DNA of 64,000 nucleotides from a bacterium (GCA_030429975.1 JAUIGB010000001.1:44190-108189), one strand, 5' to 3'; counted from the first letter of the stretch, positions 28,756 to 39,048 are shown. A program made the numbers and translations. The notes: generated by a model not told the origin, from the letters alone.

Positions 28756-29715
28756 TTAGTTCAGATATTCGCGAAGTTCTTCGATATCTTTGTGTTGTCG
28801 TAGTGACTCTTCCGCCTGTATGCATAGTTCCTTTATAGTCGAATATGGCAACTTCAGTATTGAACGAAGTTGAGTTAGATTTTTTACCTCACCGTCGTCC
28901 AGACCATACATGCCCCTTATCACAATCTGCTCTTCAAAGGATAAATCACTTATTACATTACTCAGTACTTGCTCTAGCGAATCACGAATGACTATGTTTT
29001 CTGGTTGTTTTTCGGCACGTTCGTTCAATGTATCACCTAGAGTTATCTGTTCACCGCCGTTTCCTATGGGTATGGCAAAACTAACATGATCGTTGCCGTA
29101 GTTGCTTAGTGTCCTAACTTCATCCTCCGTTTCGCCTGTTGCTTCGACCAATTCTTCGACACTAGGCTCACGACCCAGCTCTTCGGCTACTTTTTTTCGA
29201 ATCTTACTAAACTTGCTCAGTTTTTCCCCTTCTTTCCTAGAAACTGCTCCCTGTAAGGATTGGCTAAAGAAACTCCGAACGACATATTGCGTTATCTTGC
29301 CATATGCCCAGCTGCTGAATTGACCTGGTTTGTTATTGTCATAGGTATTAATGGCGTGCATCAAACCCATGTTTGCTTCTTGCACCAGATCCGCGAACGT
29401 CACACCCCTTCCCTTATATCGATTGGCGAAGTTCAGCACCATGTCTACATTTGCCTCGAACAGGTCACACTTTGCTCGTTCGCCCTCGGCAATAATCCCT
29501 CGTAAGGTTTCGTACTCGTCGTTATCTATATCAATGAGCTCACAAGCGTCCTTGCCTGCCCGTACTTTGGCTATTAGATCATCCGCGTCTATGTCATCAG
29601 GCCCTAATAGCTCAGCCCTACCTGTCCGTAGCGCATAGTATTTGCGCCATTCGTCAGTAGGTTCCGCGGATATTGCGCGGCTGTTGGTAGAAAATTCTAA
29701 AAAATTCGTGCTCAT
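28756..29715 (-). CDS. Divergent sigma-70 (RpoD-like) factor, paralogue B
   Basis: YKGRGVTFADLVQEANMGL, LGREPSVEEL, C-terminus LRQHKDIEELREYL similar to the local RpoD. Confidence 0.85.
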   Translation of the reverse strand: MSTNFLEFSTNSRAISAEPTDEWRKYYALRTGRAELLGPDDIDADDLIAKVRAGKDACELIDIDNDEYETLRGIIAEGERAKCDLFEANVDMVLNFANRYKGRGVTFADLVQEANMGLMHAINTYDNNKPGQFSSWAYGKITQYVVRSFFSQSLQGAVSRKEGEKLSKFSKIRKKVAEELGREPSVEELVEATGETEDEVRTLSNYGNDHVSFAIPIGNGGEQITLGDTLNERAEKQPENIVIRDSLEQVLSNVISDLSFEEQIVIRGMYGLDDGEVKNLTQLRSILKLPYSTIKELCIQAEESLRQHKDIEELREYLN

Positions 29716-29821
29716 AGCTAATTGGTTTTATCTTTCAGATACTATACCCCGAAAATCAAGACTTGCAAGCATAGGCACATCTGTTGACGAAGCCACCAAA
29801 CGGGCGTACTATTGGCACACT

Positions 29822-30520
29822 ATGGCAAAAACATTTCATATTGCAATTATTCCAGATGGCAACCGAAGATGGGCCAAAAAGCACGGTATCAGAGGATACG
29901 GTAAGTTATACGACATAGCAATCAATAGCCTAGTGGACATAGCAGAGGAAGCGTTCGAGCAGAATGTCACACACCTCACTATGTGGGGCAGTTCACACGC
30001 CAACCTTGCCGACCGTTCCGGGGCTTTTTTCAAGGGCATCGATAAGGCATTTCGCGAGAATATACATCGTTTTTCCGAACATCCAGTCATAGAAAAACAC
30101 GACGTGCGCATCAACATCATCGGCGAGTGGCGCAGCAGTTTAACACCAAAAACAATAGAGGCGTTTGAACAAGCCATGCAAAAAACATCGCATCACAAAT
30201 CACGTGAACTTACGTTATTGATAGACTACAGCGGTGATCGTGAACGGACAGACGCTATAAAATCTATAATTAAAAATCCAAAGGGTAATCCAGAAGAACT
30301 ACTGCGCGAACATAGCTGGACAGGCCATCTACCTGACGTAGATTTAGTTATTCGTACAGGCTCATGGCAAGATCCGCACAATAGTGCAGGTTTCCTCAGT
30401 CTACTGGTCGACGAATCTCAACTATACTTACCCAAACTCTATTGGCCGGACTTTACTCCAAGCGAATTAAAAAAGGCACTGGACGATTATCATTCTCGTC
30501 AGCGCCGACATGGCAAATAG
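29822..30520 (+). CDS. uppS: Polyprenyl (undecaprenyl) diphosphate synthase
   Basis: HIAIIPDGNRRWA, PDVDLVIRTG, YWPDF, RRHGK; start at ATG 29822. Confidence 0.92.
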   Translation: MAKTFHIAIIPDGNRRWAKKHGIRGYGKLYDIAINSLVDIAEEAFEQNVTHLTMWGSSHANLADRSGAFFKGIDKAFRENIHRFSEHPVIEKHDVRINIIGEWRSSLTPKTIEAFEQAMQKTSHHKSRELTLLIDYSGDRERTDAIKSIIKNPKGNPEELLREHSWTGHLPDVDLVIRTGSWQDPHNSAGFLSLLVDESQLYLPKLYWPDFTPSELKKALDDYHSRQRRHGK

Positions 30521-30526
30521 TAAACA

Positions 30527-30781
30527 CTAGTCAAAGATATTCTGTCGTTCATCGGGCGTATGCGCACCCCATATACCCGTATTGATGTCGTGCTGAATAG
30601 CGTATAGCAAGCAATCATCCACGACTATACATTGTCTGCATATCTCTTTGGCGGCTTTCTCGCGAGCCGACCTTTCATCGAGAGTCTCGGACGCGGTGCC
30701 AAAATGTATATCAGGTGACATATTCCTGCAACGGCCTTGTTGCTGGATTTTCTCTAATTTTGGTTCGTATGATGTTGCCAT
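30527..30781 (-). CDS. WhiB-family Fe-S transcription factor
   Basis: C…AKEICRQCIVVDDC four-Cys motif and GIWGA. Confidence 0.88.
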   Translation of the reverse strand: MATSYEPKLEKIQQQGRCRNMSPDIHFGTASETLDERSAREKAAKEICRQCIVVDDCLLYAIQHDINTGIWGAHTPDERQNIFD

Positions 30782-30786
30782 TTAAC

Positions 30787-31104
30787 CTACCTGATTCGTC
30801 GTCTTTCGCGTCGCGTTTTAAGCATTGCTTCTCTTTCGGACTCTGTTTTGCCACCCCAAATACCGTACCTTTCAGGCCTGCGTAGTGCCGCGTCCAAACA
30901 TTCGTCTGCCACAAAACACCTTGCGCAAATATCCTTTGCTCTCTGTTCTAACTCGGCCCGAATCTCGTTTCCTTCCCTGCCCCTCAACCCTTCAGGCGTA
31001 AAGAATATTTCCGGGTCTTCACCATAACACTGCGCCAGAGATTGCCACTCAGGAGCGCCCTCTGGGCGCCCTAAACTCTCATACGGATTGTTTTCTCCAT
31101 TCAT
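30787..31104 (-). CDS. WhiB-family Fe-S transcription factor (WhiB3/WhiD-like)
   Basis: WQSLAQC…DPEIFF…AKDICARCFVADEC…YGIWGG, basic tail; promoter TTGCAA-17-TATAAT at 31113-31141. Confidence 0.92.
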   Translation of the reverse strand: MNGENNPYESLGRPEGAPEWQSLAQCYGEDPEIFFTPEGLRGREGNEIRAELEQRAKDICARCFVADECLDAALRRPERYGIWGGKTESEREAMLKTRRERRRIR

Positions 31105-31176
31105 TAGCTTATATTATAAACTCTTACCTATTTATTTGCAAGTGTCGTATCTCTGTTTCGTCTGGTACAATGGTTC

Positions 31177-31761
31177 GTGATGTCAAAACACGAGAATCTA
31201 AAAATAATCGCATTCGTCGGACTATCCGGCACCGGTAAAACAACTGCCGTCGAATATCTAACAGAAAAGGGCTACCCCAAAGTATACTTTGGCGGAATCG
31301 TACTAGACGAGGTAAAGCGACGCGGACTAGAACTAACCCAAGAAAACGAACAACCTATTCGCGAGGAATTACGTGAACGTGAAGGTAAGGATTTCGTCGT
31401 CAAACGAATCGTCCAGCAAATCCATGATCTTGTTGACGCTGGCCAACACAGAATAGTAGCGGACGGTTTGTATACCTGGACCGAATACAAGGTACTAAAA
31501 AAGGGATTTCCTGGCGAATTATCAGTAATAGCGGTGGTGGCACCTCGTCACTTACGCAAGCGTCGCCTAGCCAAAAGGCCTGTTCGCCCACTCACATCAG
31601 ACCAGGTAGATCAGCGCGACTGGGCCGAGATTGAAAACCTAGAAAAAGGTGGACCAATCGCTATCGCCGATTATTTCCTGCATAACGAAGACGATCTAGA
31701 CCATTTCCATCAACAAATCGACAATGCTCTAGAACACTTCGAATTTTTCGAATCCAAATAG
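31177..31761 (+). CDS. P-loop nucleotide kinase (dephospho-CoA kinase-like)
   Basis: GLSGTGKTT, RRLAKR, RDWAEIE, IAIADY. Confidence 0.8.
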   Translation: MMSKHENLKIIAFVGLSGTGKTTAVEYLTEKGYPKVYFGGIVLDEVKRRGLELTQENEQPIREELREREGKDFVVKRIVQQIHDLVDAGQHRIVADGLYTWTEYKVLKKGFPGELSVIAVVAPRHLRKRRLAKRPVRPLTSDQVDQRDWAEIENLEKGGPIAIADYFLHNEDDLDHFHQQIDNALEHFEFFESK

Positions 31762-31769
31762 TGTACAGA

Positions 31770-32858
31770 CTACCCTAGGTATTCGTGCAGTTTCTTTGAA
31801 TCTTTATGCTTGCGTAGTTTTGCCAAAGCTTTTGCTTCAATCTGACGAATACGTTCACGAGTAACGGCAAATTCCTGCCCCACTTCTTCGAGCGTGTGCG
31901 ATTTACCACCTTCTAGCCCAAAGCGCATTTTGATGATTTTTTGTTCGCGATCAGAAAGCGTGGACAACACAGATTGCACTTGTTCTTTTAACAACTGATT
32001 GGTCGCGGATTCCTCCGGGGTGGCGCTGTCCTCATCTTCGATAAACTCACCCAGCGTGCTGTCTTCGTCTTCGCCATCACGACCAACGCCCGCATCCAGG
32101 CTGGTAATATCCTGTTTAATTTTGATAACGTATTCAACCTTCTCTGGCTCCATCTCTAGTTCTTTGGCCAGTTCCTCGATAGTTGGTTCACGATTTAACT
32201 CTTGCGTCATTCGGCGCTGCGTACGCAACAGCTTGTTGATCGTTTCGACCATGTGCACGGGAATACGGATAGTACGCGCTTGATCCGCAATCGCACGAGT
32301 AATCGCTTGGCGAATCCACCAAGTGGCATACGTGCTAAATTTGAATCCCTTGTCCGGATCAAACTTCTCTACAGCTCGTAGCAGTCCCGTATTTCCTTCT
32401 TGGATCAAATCTAGAAAATCTAGTCCACGACCGCTATAGCGTTTCGCGATAGACACCACCAGGCGCATATTTGCTTCGGCCATTTTGTCCTTTGGCTTGC
32501 TGAGCTTTACTGCGCGCGATTCAAGCTTACCGCGCTCGCTGGCTGATAGGTCTTCTTCCTTTAGCTTGGCCGTTAATTCTTCTAGCTCATCGTGATTCGC
32601 GACGATCTCTTGCGCCAATGCCAGCTCTTCTTCGCCCGAAAGCAGTGGAATTTTTCCGATTTCACGCAAATACAGACGCACGCTGTCATCGCTGATATCA
32701 TCCAAATATTGGCTATCATTCAGAGTTTCTTCGTCGATTTCCTCTTCTTCGTTTAATTCATCGACCATCGGCTCTTCGATGTCGTTCAGGTTACTACTAG
32801 CTTGCGCGTCTTCCTGCTGATCATTATCTAGTTGTAGATCGTCATCATTATCTGGCAT
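31770..32858 (-). CDS. rpoD: Primary sigma factor RpoD/SigA
   Basis: [45 protein letters not shown]…TRERIRQIE; follows dnaG. Confidence 0.98.
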   Translation of the reverse strand: MPDNDDDLQLDNDQQEDAQASSNLNDIEEPMVDELNEEEEIDEETLNDSQYLDDISDDSVRLYLREIGKIPLLSGEEELALAQEIVANHDELEELTAKLKEEDLSASERGKLESRAVKLSKPKDKMAEANMRLVVSIAKRYSGRGLDFLDLIQEGNTGLLRAVEKFDPDKGFKFSTYATWWIRQAITRAIADQARTIRIPVHMVETINKLLRTQRRMTQELNREPTIEELAKELEMEPEKVEYVIKIKQDITSLDAGVGRDGEDEDSTLGEFIEDEDSATPEESATNQLLKEQVQSVLSTLSDREQKIIKMRFGLEGGKSHTLEEVGQEFAVTRERIRQIEAKALAKLRKHKDSKKLHEYLG

Positions 32859-34593
32859 TCTTTTCTCCTCTTATTAGTTCACTAAACTGACGATATAGTT
32901 CATCAGCCTCGGCTTCGTCGCCGCGATCTCGTGCTTCTTTTTCCATCTGTTTTATTTTTGCTTTTTTGTAGTTCATTTGTAGCTTGTTCAATTGTTTAGT
33001 GGCGGATGCTATTCGATTTTCGCTATTCCAGGCCACGTTATCCATATCTGGATGTAATAACAACATTGTCACATACTTTTCATACTGCTGCAAGCTTGAG
33101 GGTGTTGACTGTACCTCTTTGGATGAATGCTTCGAAAAGTACCGTGCAACCGCTTTTCGCTCGTCCCCCTCAAATATCTGCCACTCTTTGTCGGCAATTA
33201 GCTTCTGAACTTTTGGATCAGTCAATGCAATCGCCAGCAACGCGTCCTGATTGCGATCACGCGTCATTTTTTCTACCGGCGCCTTGTTTTTGACGTTCTT
33301 TAGGGGTTTATTGGTAGCAAGAGATTCTTTGGCATTTTTTAATTTAGTTATTACGGCCTCTTTGCTCGTATCCGTCATGTCGGCGATTTTTGCCATGTAG
33401 TGTTCCTGCTCTACTGGGTCTTTTAGCGCGTTTATAACCGATAACGCCGCCGACGTGAATGATGACTTTCCATGTGCGGTTCGTAAATCCTCTCTGGCGG
33501 CAAACTGTTTTATTACCCAATCCACAACCGGCTCGCTGTTATCTATGGATTTTTGCCACTTGTCTGCGCCTATTTGTATCAATTCGTCAGGGTCCTTCGC
33601 GTCATCCGTTAGCGTTACTATGGTCAATTCAACCTCGACATTTTGCGCGATAGGTATCGCCCTCTCCGTTGCCGCAAGCCCCGCCTTGTCACCATCAAAA
33701 GCCAATCGTATATTGCCAGACAGCCGCGACAACGCTCGTAAATGATGCTCTGTCATGGCCGTTCCAGCCGTTGCCACTACCTGTTTGATATCAACCTGAT
33801 GACTACTAACAACGTCCAAATTTCCTTCTACCACGACTGCGTAATCAGCCTTGCGAATAGACTCCTTTGCCTGCGACAATCCAAATACGTGGCGACTCTT
33901 GTCATACAACAAAGTCTGTGGAGTATTCAAATATTTCGGTGCTTTTGGATCGTCACGAATAATCCTTCCGGTAAAACCAACCACTTGTCCGGACGTATCC
34001 ATCAGCGGAACCATCATTCGTCCACGGAATAAATCACCGCCGTATTGGTTCGCCAAACCACCGTCCTTTAACTCTTTTTCGCTATATCCCTTTCTCTTTA
34101 GCAGTGGCACTAATGCGTTACCGCTATCAGGTGCATAGCCTATACGAAAATCCTGAACAACTGCCTTGTTCATACCCCTCTTCTTGAAAATATATTCCTG
34201 CGCGTGAGGATTCTGAAGCAGAGTTTTTTGGTAATAGGTCGCGGCCATGTCATGCATCTCTAGCATGCGCTTTTTGCGCTTGGCAAACTCTTGCGAGTCA
34301 CTTCCTTGATACATTGATAGGTCAACGCCCGTTCTCCGTGCCAACATCTCTAGTGCCTGACGGAAGTCCATACCCTCGACCTCCATAACGAATGCAAATA
34401 CATCTCCACCCTTGCCCGAACTAAAATCATGCCAAATATGTTTATCGGGGCTAACGAAAAAACTGGCGGATTTTTCACCAGTAAAAGGGCTCAGTCCCTT
34501 AAAGCTACGTCCCGCGCGCTTTAACTGTACGTACTCGCCGATGACATCTTCGATGTTCAGCCTAGATCGTACTTCCTCCTTTGCATCTTGCAT
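32848..34593 (-). CDS. dnaG: DNA primase
   Basis: [29 protein letters not shown]-terminal zinc-binding cysteines are degenerate. Confidence 0.96.
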   Translation of the reverse strand: MQDAKEEVRSRLNIEDVIGEYVQLKRAGRSFKGLSPFTGEKSASFFVSPDKHIWHDFSSGKGGDVFAFVMEVEGMDFRQALEMLARRTGVDLSMYQGSDSQEFAKRKKRMLEMHDMAATYYQKTLLQNPHAQEYIFKKRGMNKAVVQDFRIGYAPDSGNALVPLLKRKGYSEKELKDGGLANQYGGDLFRGRMMVPLMDTSGQVVGFTGRIIRDDPKAPKYLNTPQTLLYDKSRHVFGLSQAKESIRKADYAVVVEGNLDVVSSHQVDIKQVVATAGTAMTEHHLRALSRLSGNIRLAFDGDKAGLAATERAIPIAQNVEVELTIVTLTDDAKDPDELIQIGADKWQKSIDNSEPVVDWVIKQFAAREDLRTAHGKSSFTSAALSVINALKDPVEQEHYMAKIADMTDTSKEAVITKLKNAKESLATNKPLKNVKNKAPVEKMTRDRNQDALLAIALTDPKVQKLIADKEWQIFEGDERKAVARYFSKHSSKEVQSTPSSLQQYEKYVTMLLLHPDMDNVAWNSENRIASATKQLNKLQMNYKKAKIKQMEKEARDRGDEAEADELYRQFSELIRGEKNAR

Positions 34594-34709
34594 GTTTGTA
34601 GTATACATCGTTGCACCCCTATAAAAGAAGCACGAGTACTACTGTTTGAGTTTTAGTGATCGCTCTGCATATACTATTTACCTCTGTAAATGCATATGCT
34701 TTAATAGAG

Positions 34710-35477
34710 ATGATGAATCCTGAACAACAAAATCAAAATCCAGGCACACCTACGCCCCCTCCGACACCGGTGGCTCCTCCGCCCAATCCTACTCCCGCTC
34801 CTACGCCTCCACCTGCCGGACCACCACTGCCACGACCTAGGCAACCCCAGGCACCAGCCGAACCAAAATACAGCACCGGCCAGATGTCCTATGATCCAAA
34901 CTATCTGGACTCCATCGCCCCACAGGCACCAGCGCCGTCATTTTTTAGTGGATCTTTCGGCAAGATATTCTTTGTCATGATTGGTCTGTTCGTGCTGGCC
35001 GTCAGCCTCATCGTCGCGTTTAGCGGTCGCGACAACACCAAGGACTTGCAACAAATGGTGGTACGCCTAGAGAATATGGAAAAGGTGGTTGGGTCCGTAC
35101 ACGATGACTTCAAGAGTAACAACCTAAAAACAATCAATGTTCAGTTAGACACCTGGCTAGCCAATAATCGCCGAGAGGGTCAAGAATTGCTGGATATAGG
35201 CGGTGTTAAAAGAACGGACTTTTCAAAAGAAATGATACGCTCCGAAGAGACATACGCGTCAGAATTAGAAGCAAAATTCGAAGACGCTCGTTTAAGCGCT
35301 CGCCTGCACAGAGTCTACAAAACTACCATAGTCATAGAGATAGACAAAATAATAAACGTATTCAAAAAGATGCAAAAAAACCCTTCCCCGCAAATCCGTG
35401 AATACGCAGAAAGCGCAGTTAAAAACGTCGAACCTATCCAAAAACAATTTGACGAGTTCGAGGACGACGGAAACTAA
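34710..35477 (+). CDS. Hypothetical protein: Pro-rich N-terminus, one TM, helical domain
   Basis: ORF with TM IFFVMIGLFVLAVSLIVAF; start moved to ATG 34710. Confidence 0.8.
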   Translation: MMNPEQQNQNPGTPTPPPTPVAPPPNPTPAPTPPPAGPPLPRPRQPQAPAEPKYSTGQMSYDPNYLDSIAPQAPAPSFFSGSFGKIFFVMIGLFVLAVSLIVAFSGRDNTKDLQQMVVRLENMEKVVGSVHDDFKSNNLKTINVQLDTWLANNRREGQELLDIGGVKRTDFSKEMIRSEETYASELEAKFEDARLSARLHRVYKTTIVIEIDKIINVFKKMQKNPSPQIREYAESAVKNVEPIQKQFDEFEDDGN

Positions 35478-35803
35478 CCCGCCACTAGTTCGTAGCTGTG
35501 GCGTGCTAGGTCAAAAATCTCTTCGTCAGTTAACTGACCACTGCAAACAATCGTATTCCAATGCTTTTTGTTTAAATGATAACCAGGCAATACACTTTCG
35601 TACTTTTCGCGCAAATGTTCCGCTAGCTTTGGGTCACATTTTAGGCTGACGCGCAGCGGATCGCTGTTTTCGGCCACGATCGCGACTATCTTGCCCTCGG
35701 GCTGATCCCCGGCCTTGTACACCGCTACATCTTCGCCAAAAGGATAATCTAACCAAACCTTTGGCAAAGTTAATATAAAATCTTCGAACTTTTTGTGCTC
35801 CAC
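35474..35803 (-). CDS. MmcQ/YjbR family protein
   Basis: DYPFG, SLKCDP, PGYHLNKKHWNT. Confidence 0.93.
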   Translation of the reverse strand: MEHKKFEDFILTLPKVWLDYPFGEDVAVYKAGDQPEGKIVAIVAENSDPLRVSLKCDPKLAEHLREKYESVLPGYHLNKKHWNTIVCSGQLTDEEIFDLARHSYELVAG

Positions 35804-36355
35804 CTACTTGACCCTTACTTTTCCTAAGTAATACTTCAATTCCATTATACTGCCGCGGATATCGTCCAGTGCACGATGTTCTTCGGCCTTGGCAAAACGT
35901 TTGTTGTATTTGCCATCAAACACAACTTTCCAGGCGCTGACATCCAGCATGCGGTAGTGTAATCTCTTGTTCAATCGTGGCCATTCGTTTTCGATAAATT
36001 TGCGATCCTGATGAATTGAATTGCCCGCCAGTAACACTGGTTCATCAGCGTCGAAATGCTTTTCGATGAGTTCTAGCAGTTCGTTTTCGACGATTCGACC
36101 GTTTTTTGCTTTGTCCGATTTGTTTTGTTCAACCAGCGCATCGCGTACCTTTGGAAACTTGTCCCAAAAATCCTTGCCAACCTTCATTCGTTTCTCTACC
36201 AGTCCAGGACCAACCTGCTTCACTGCCTCATACACGGCAACTTCCTTGAAATCCCAATCCGTGACTATAGCAGCCACCTCTAATATTCTGTCCTCTACGG
36301 GATCCAGTCCGGTCATCTCTAGGTCCACCCATAGAAGTTTTGCTTTCGTACTCAT
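35804..36355 (-). CDS. orn: Oligoribonuclease
   Basis: WVDLEMTGL, AGNSIHQDR, HYRMLDVS, HRALDDI. Confidence 0.95.
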   Translation of the reverse strand: MSTKAKLLWVDLEMTGLDPVEDRILEVAAIVTDWDFKEVAVYEAVKQVGPGLVEKRMKVGKDFWDKFPKVRDALVEQNKSDKAKNGRIVENELLELIEKHFDADEPVLLAGNSIHQDRKFIENEWPRLNKRLHYRMLDVSAWKVVFDGKYNKRFAKAEEHRALDDIRGSIMELKYYLGKVRVK

Positions 36356-36386
36356 ACATCATAGTATAAACTATTATCTACTAGTC

Positions 36387-36980
36387 ATGAATTTCCACGA
36401 AAAGCCAATTGGTCGATGTAATCATGCGGTCGATCCCAACCCCAACAACCCCGCACCACCAGAGGTGTTGTCAAAGATTATAGGTGTCCGAGTAGCCTAT
36501 CTATCTTTTGACGGCAAGGATCGTACGGGAGTCATAGAGATTCATGAGGATCTAGAGCAAGATATTGTTGAGTTTTTTGACTATGCATACAATACCGTAG
36601 GTTTTCCATTCGAAACAGTCGCGCCAGCTAGCGCGATTCCCTATCGCTACCAAGACAGGCTATTGCTCGACAATAATGTAACATCTGGATTCAACTACCG
36701 TAATACCAACAACAGCGAGCGATTATCAACACACGCCTTGGGTCGCGCGTTTGACGTGAACCCAAAAATTAATCCGCAAAACACGTATAGTGACGGCAGG
36801 CTCGTCGACAGCCAACCAGCGATAAAAAGACGCCATCTACATGAACATTTGATTGGTGGACGTTTAGACAAGGACCATAAGCTAGTTCAGTTTATGCGCG
36901 ATCGCGACTGGATTTGGGGAGGAGATTGGACAGAAGACAGTGGACATATAAATCTGCAACATTTTGAAAAACCGGAATAG
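36387..36980 (+). CDS. M15-family peptidoglycan peptidase (copy 1)
   Basis: TSGFNYR, STHALGRAFDVNP, WGGDW, QHFE; start at ATG 36387. Confidence 0.88.
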   Translation: MNFHEKPIGRCNHAVDPNPNNPAPPEVLSKIIGVRVAYLSFDGKDRTGVIEIHEDLEQDIVEFFDYAYNTVGFPFETVAPASAIPYRYQDRLLLDNNVTSGFNYRNTNNSERLSTHALGRAFDVNPKINPQNTYSDGRLVDSQPAIKRRHLHEHLIGGRLDKDHKLVQFMRDRDWIWGGDWTEDSGHINLQHFEKPE

Positions 36981-36988
36981 GAAATAAT

Positions 36989-37579
36989 ATGAGCGAACTA
37001 GAAAAACCAGCGCACGAACACAATTACGAAGTAAAGGACAACCCGTTAAACCCTGCCCCACCTGAGATACTGCGTGAAATCACAGGCGTCGAGGTGATAT
37101 ACATGAACAACCACGATGGTGGTGAAACCACAGGATTCATCGAGGTTCATGAGAGTCTAGCGGATGACGTGCGTAAATTTTTTGCACGAGCGCTGGAAAT
37201 TGGCTTTCCAATCGACAAAGTTGAAACGGCTAGTAATCCAAAGTACTACCATGAGGACGAACGGTTAATGCAGTACAACGTCACGTCGGGTTTTAACTAT
37301 CGAACAATCGCCGGCACCAACAAGCCTTCCATGCATGCACTAGGCCGAGCCATCGATGTAAATCCAAAACTAAACCCCTATACTAAATATGACAGCGACG
37401 GCAATGTTATCGAAACAAAGCCAGAAGGTGCCGTCTATGACCCAGATAGAAACGCTGGTACTCTTACTGCCGATCACGAACTAGTAATCCTAATGAAGGA
37501 ACTAGGCTGGGAATGGGGTGGAGACTGGACGCCAGAGTCTGGACGCGTCGACCTGCACCATTTTCAAAAACCAGCGTAA
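36989..37579 (+). CDS. M15-family peptidoglycan peptidase (copy 2)
   Basis: TSGFNYR, SMHALGRAIDVNP, WGGDW, HHFQ. Confidence 0.9.
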   Translation: MSELEKPAHEHNYEVKDNPLNPAPPEILREITGVEVIYMNNHDGGETTGFIEVHESLADDVRKFFARALEIGFPIDKVETASNPKYYHEDERLMQYNVTSGFNYRTIAGTNKPSMHALGRAIDVNPKLNPYTKYDSDGNVIETKPEGAVYDPDRNAGTLTADHELVILMKELGWEWGGDWTPESGRVDLHHFQKPA

Positions 37580-37580
37580 C

Positions 37581-38621
37581 TTATGCCGCTCGGTCTGGTG
37601 AAGAAACCAGCACCAAATCACGCATGGGCGGTTTTTTGCCTTGGCTAGCCAGCTTGTGTGATGCGTGACCACCGCTAGGGTCCGTAGTGTCCGTAGAATC
37701 TACAAATATCTGTGAATCATCAGCACCGGCTTCTTTTAGCCTATCGGCGGCAAAACCGTGCATGTCAATCACGAATTTTGTATTATCACCCACCTTTTCG
37801 TGGTCTGTAGTACGCGTTTTCCATCCACCATGCGTAAATAGCGGATCCTCACCGTCACGAGGATCGTGTGGTCGTTTATAATCAAAGTTCACGCCACCTG
37901 GACCAATAGTAAAGTTCAGATCAGCAATATCTACATTTTGTTCGCCGGCCAAAAAGTCTAGGCCTTGTTCCAAAAAGCCTGCGTCTTCATCTTGCCAGCC
38001 AGCGTGCATCAACCCATGGATAGGATTTCCGTCTCTATCGTGACCAGAAAAAGCAACCGTAGGACAATCTGCTGGTCGTATGCCGACTACCCTATTCGGA
38101 TCACGGCTATAAATCATAAACGCCGGTCTTTGGTCTTCAATATATTCCCCAGTTCGTTCTAGTTCGTCAGCAGATACTATATTGCCAGGAATCGTACGGT
38201 CTTTGTAATGATCAATCTGTGGTTTTAAGATTACTGTGTCGTTTACTAACTCGTGACCACCTATATTTTCTAGAAATCGATTTACCTTCATACCTGCCGT
38301 ATCACGGCGGGCAGTCCTGATGTCGTCTTGGCTCTCATTGGGAAGTTTTTTTAAGTCGTTCGGCATCAAATTTAGTCCAATAGTACTAACACGACCGAGC
38401 GCTTTGGCATCCCACGGTTGTCCCCATGCAGGACTCATACTACCGGCCAGTTCAAGCGGTACGCGACCACCTGTCGTGGCAACGGAAGTAACGACAACAG
38501 GACCAGCCTCACCCTTCATAAACCAGCTATCACGAAAGTCCGGCCAGTTCTTTTTCTCGAATTGATCTAACACTGATCGCTGTTGTTCGTTCGGGGAGTT
38601 AAGGTTTTCGTTGTTGCTCAT
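37581..38621 (-). CDS. Divergent YfiH/PgeF laccase-domain paralogue
   Basis: RPADCP, HAGW, IGPG, ASH; promoter TTGACA-17-TATAAT at 38656-38684 places the start at ATG 38621. Confidence 0.78.
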   Translation of the reverse strand: MSNNENLNSPNEQQRSVLDQFEKKNWPDFRDSWFMKGEAGPVVVTSVATTGGRVPLELAGSMSPAWGQPWDAKALGRVSTIGLNLMPNDLKKLPNESQDDIRTARRDTAGMKVNRFLENIGGHELVNDTVILKPQIDHYKDRTIPGNIVSADELERTGEYIEDQRPAFMIYSRDPNRVVGIRPADCPTVAFSGHDRDGNPIHGLMHAGWQDEDAGFLEQGLDFLAGEQNVDIADLNFTIGPGGVNFDYKRPHDPRDGEDPLFTHGGWKTRTTDHEKVGDNTKFVIDMHGFAADRLKEAGADDSQIFVDSTDTTDPSGGHASHKLASQGKKPPMRDLVLVSSPDRAA

Positions 38622-38737
38622 TATGTTTGTATTTCGTGGTGGTAATTCATTTTTCATTATAACAGTTATCCTTATTATTGTCAATGTCGGAACGTGTTCC
38701 GAACAAAATCTTGATACATATCAAAACTTTGTTCGAT

Positions 38738-38766
38738 CGGGGTGCAGGCTTTACGCCTGCACCCCG
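38738..38766. terminator. 12-bp GC hairpin after a small ORF
   Basis: CGGGGTGCAGGC-TTTAC-GCCTGCACCCCG; no U-tract. Confidence 0.6.
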
Positions 38767-38773
38767 CTGCCGA

Positions 38774-38992
38774 CTATCCCCCTGTGACAAGGTCCCACCA
38801 ATCGGGATCCTCGAAAAGAGGTTCTTGCCGGACATACGGCTTGCCCGTTTCGGCCTCGAGCTTCCGCATCATGGCGTTTAGCTCATTCTCAAGCTTCGCG
38901 ATCCGATCCAAATTCTCGCCCTGGCGGGCAAAGACCAACTGGCGCTCGATATCGACGATACGGGCTTCAAGCTGATGCAGTTCGTCTACCAT
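38774..38992 (-). CDS. Small coiled-coil hypothetical protein
   Basis: Consensus promoter upstream, GGAG, downstream hairpin. Confidence 0.7.
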   Translation of the reverse strand: MVDELHQLEARIVDIERQLVFARQGENLDRIAKLENELNAMMRKLEAETGKPYVRQEPLFEDPDWWDLVTGG

Positions 38993-39048
38993 GTGATGTA
39001 CGCTCCGTTCGGAGATGAGGGTGCCCTTTTGGCTTGCCCACTGTCATC

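Noticed and set aside
36021..36386. N-terminal extension of the first M15 peptidase (and similar extensions on uppS, UDG, HAD, PIG-L)
   Set aside because: These extensions overlap neighbouring genes, terminators or promoters; -10 boxes and family motifs support the downstream starts.
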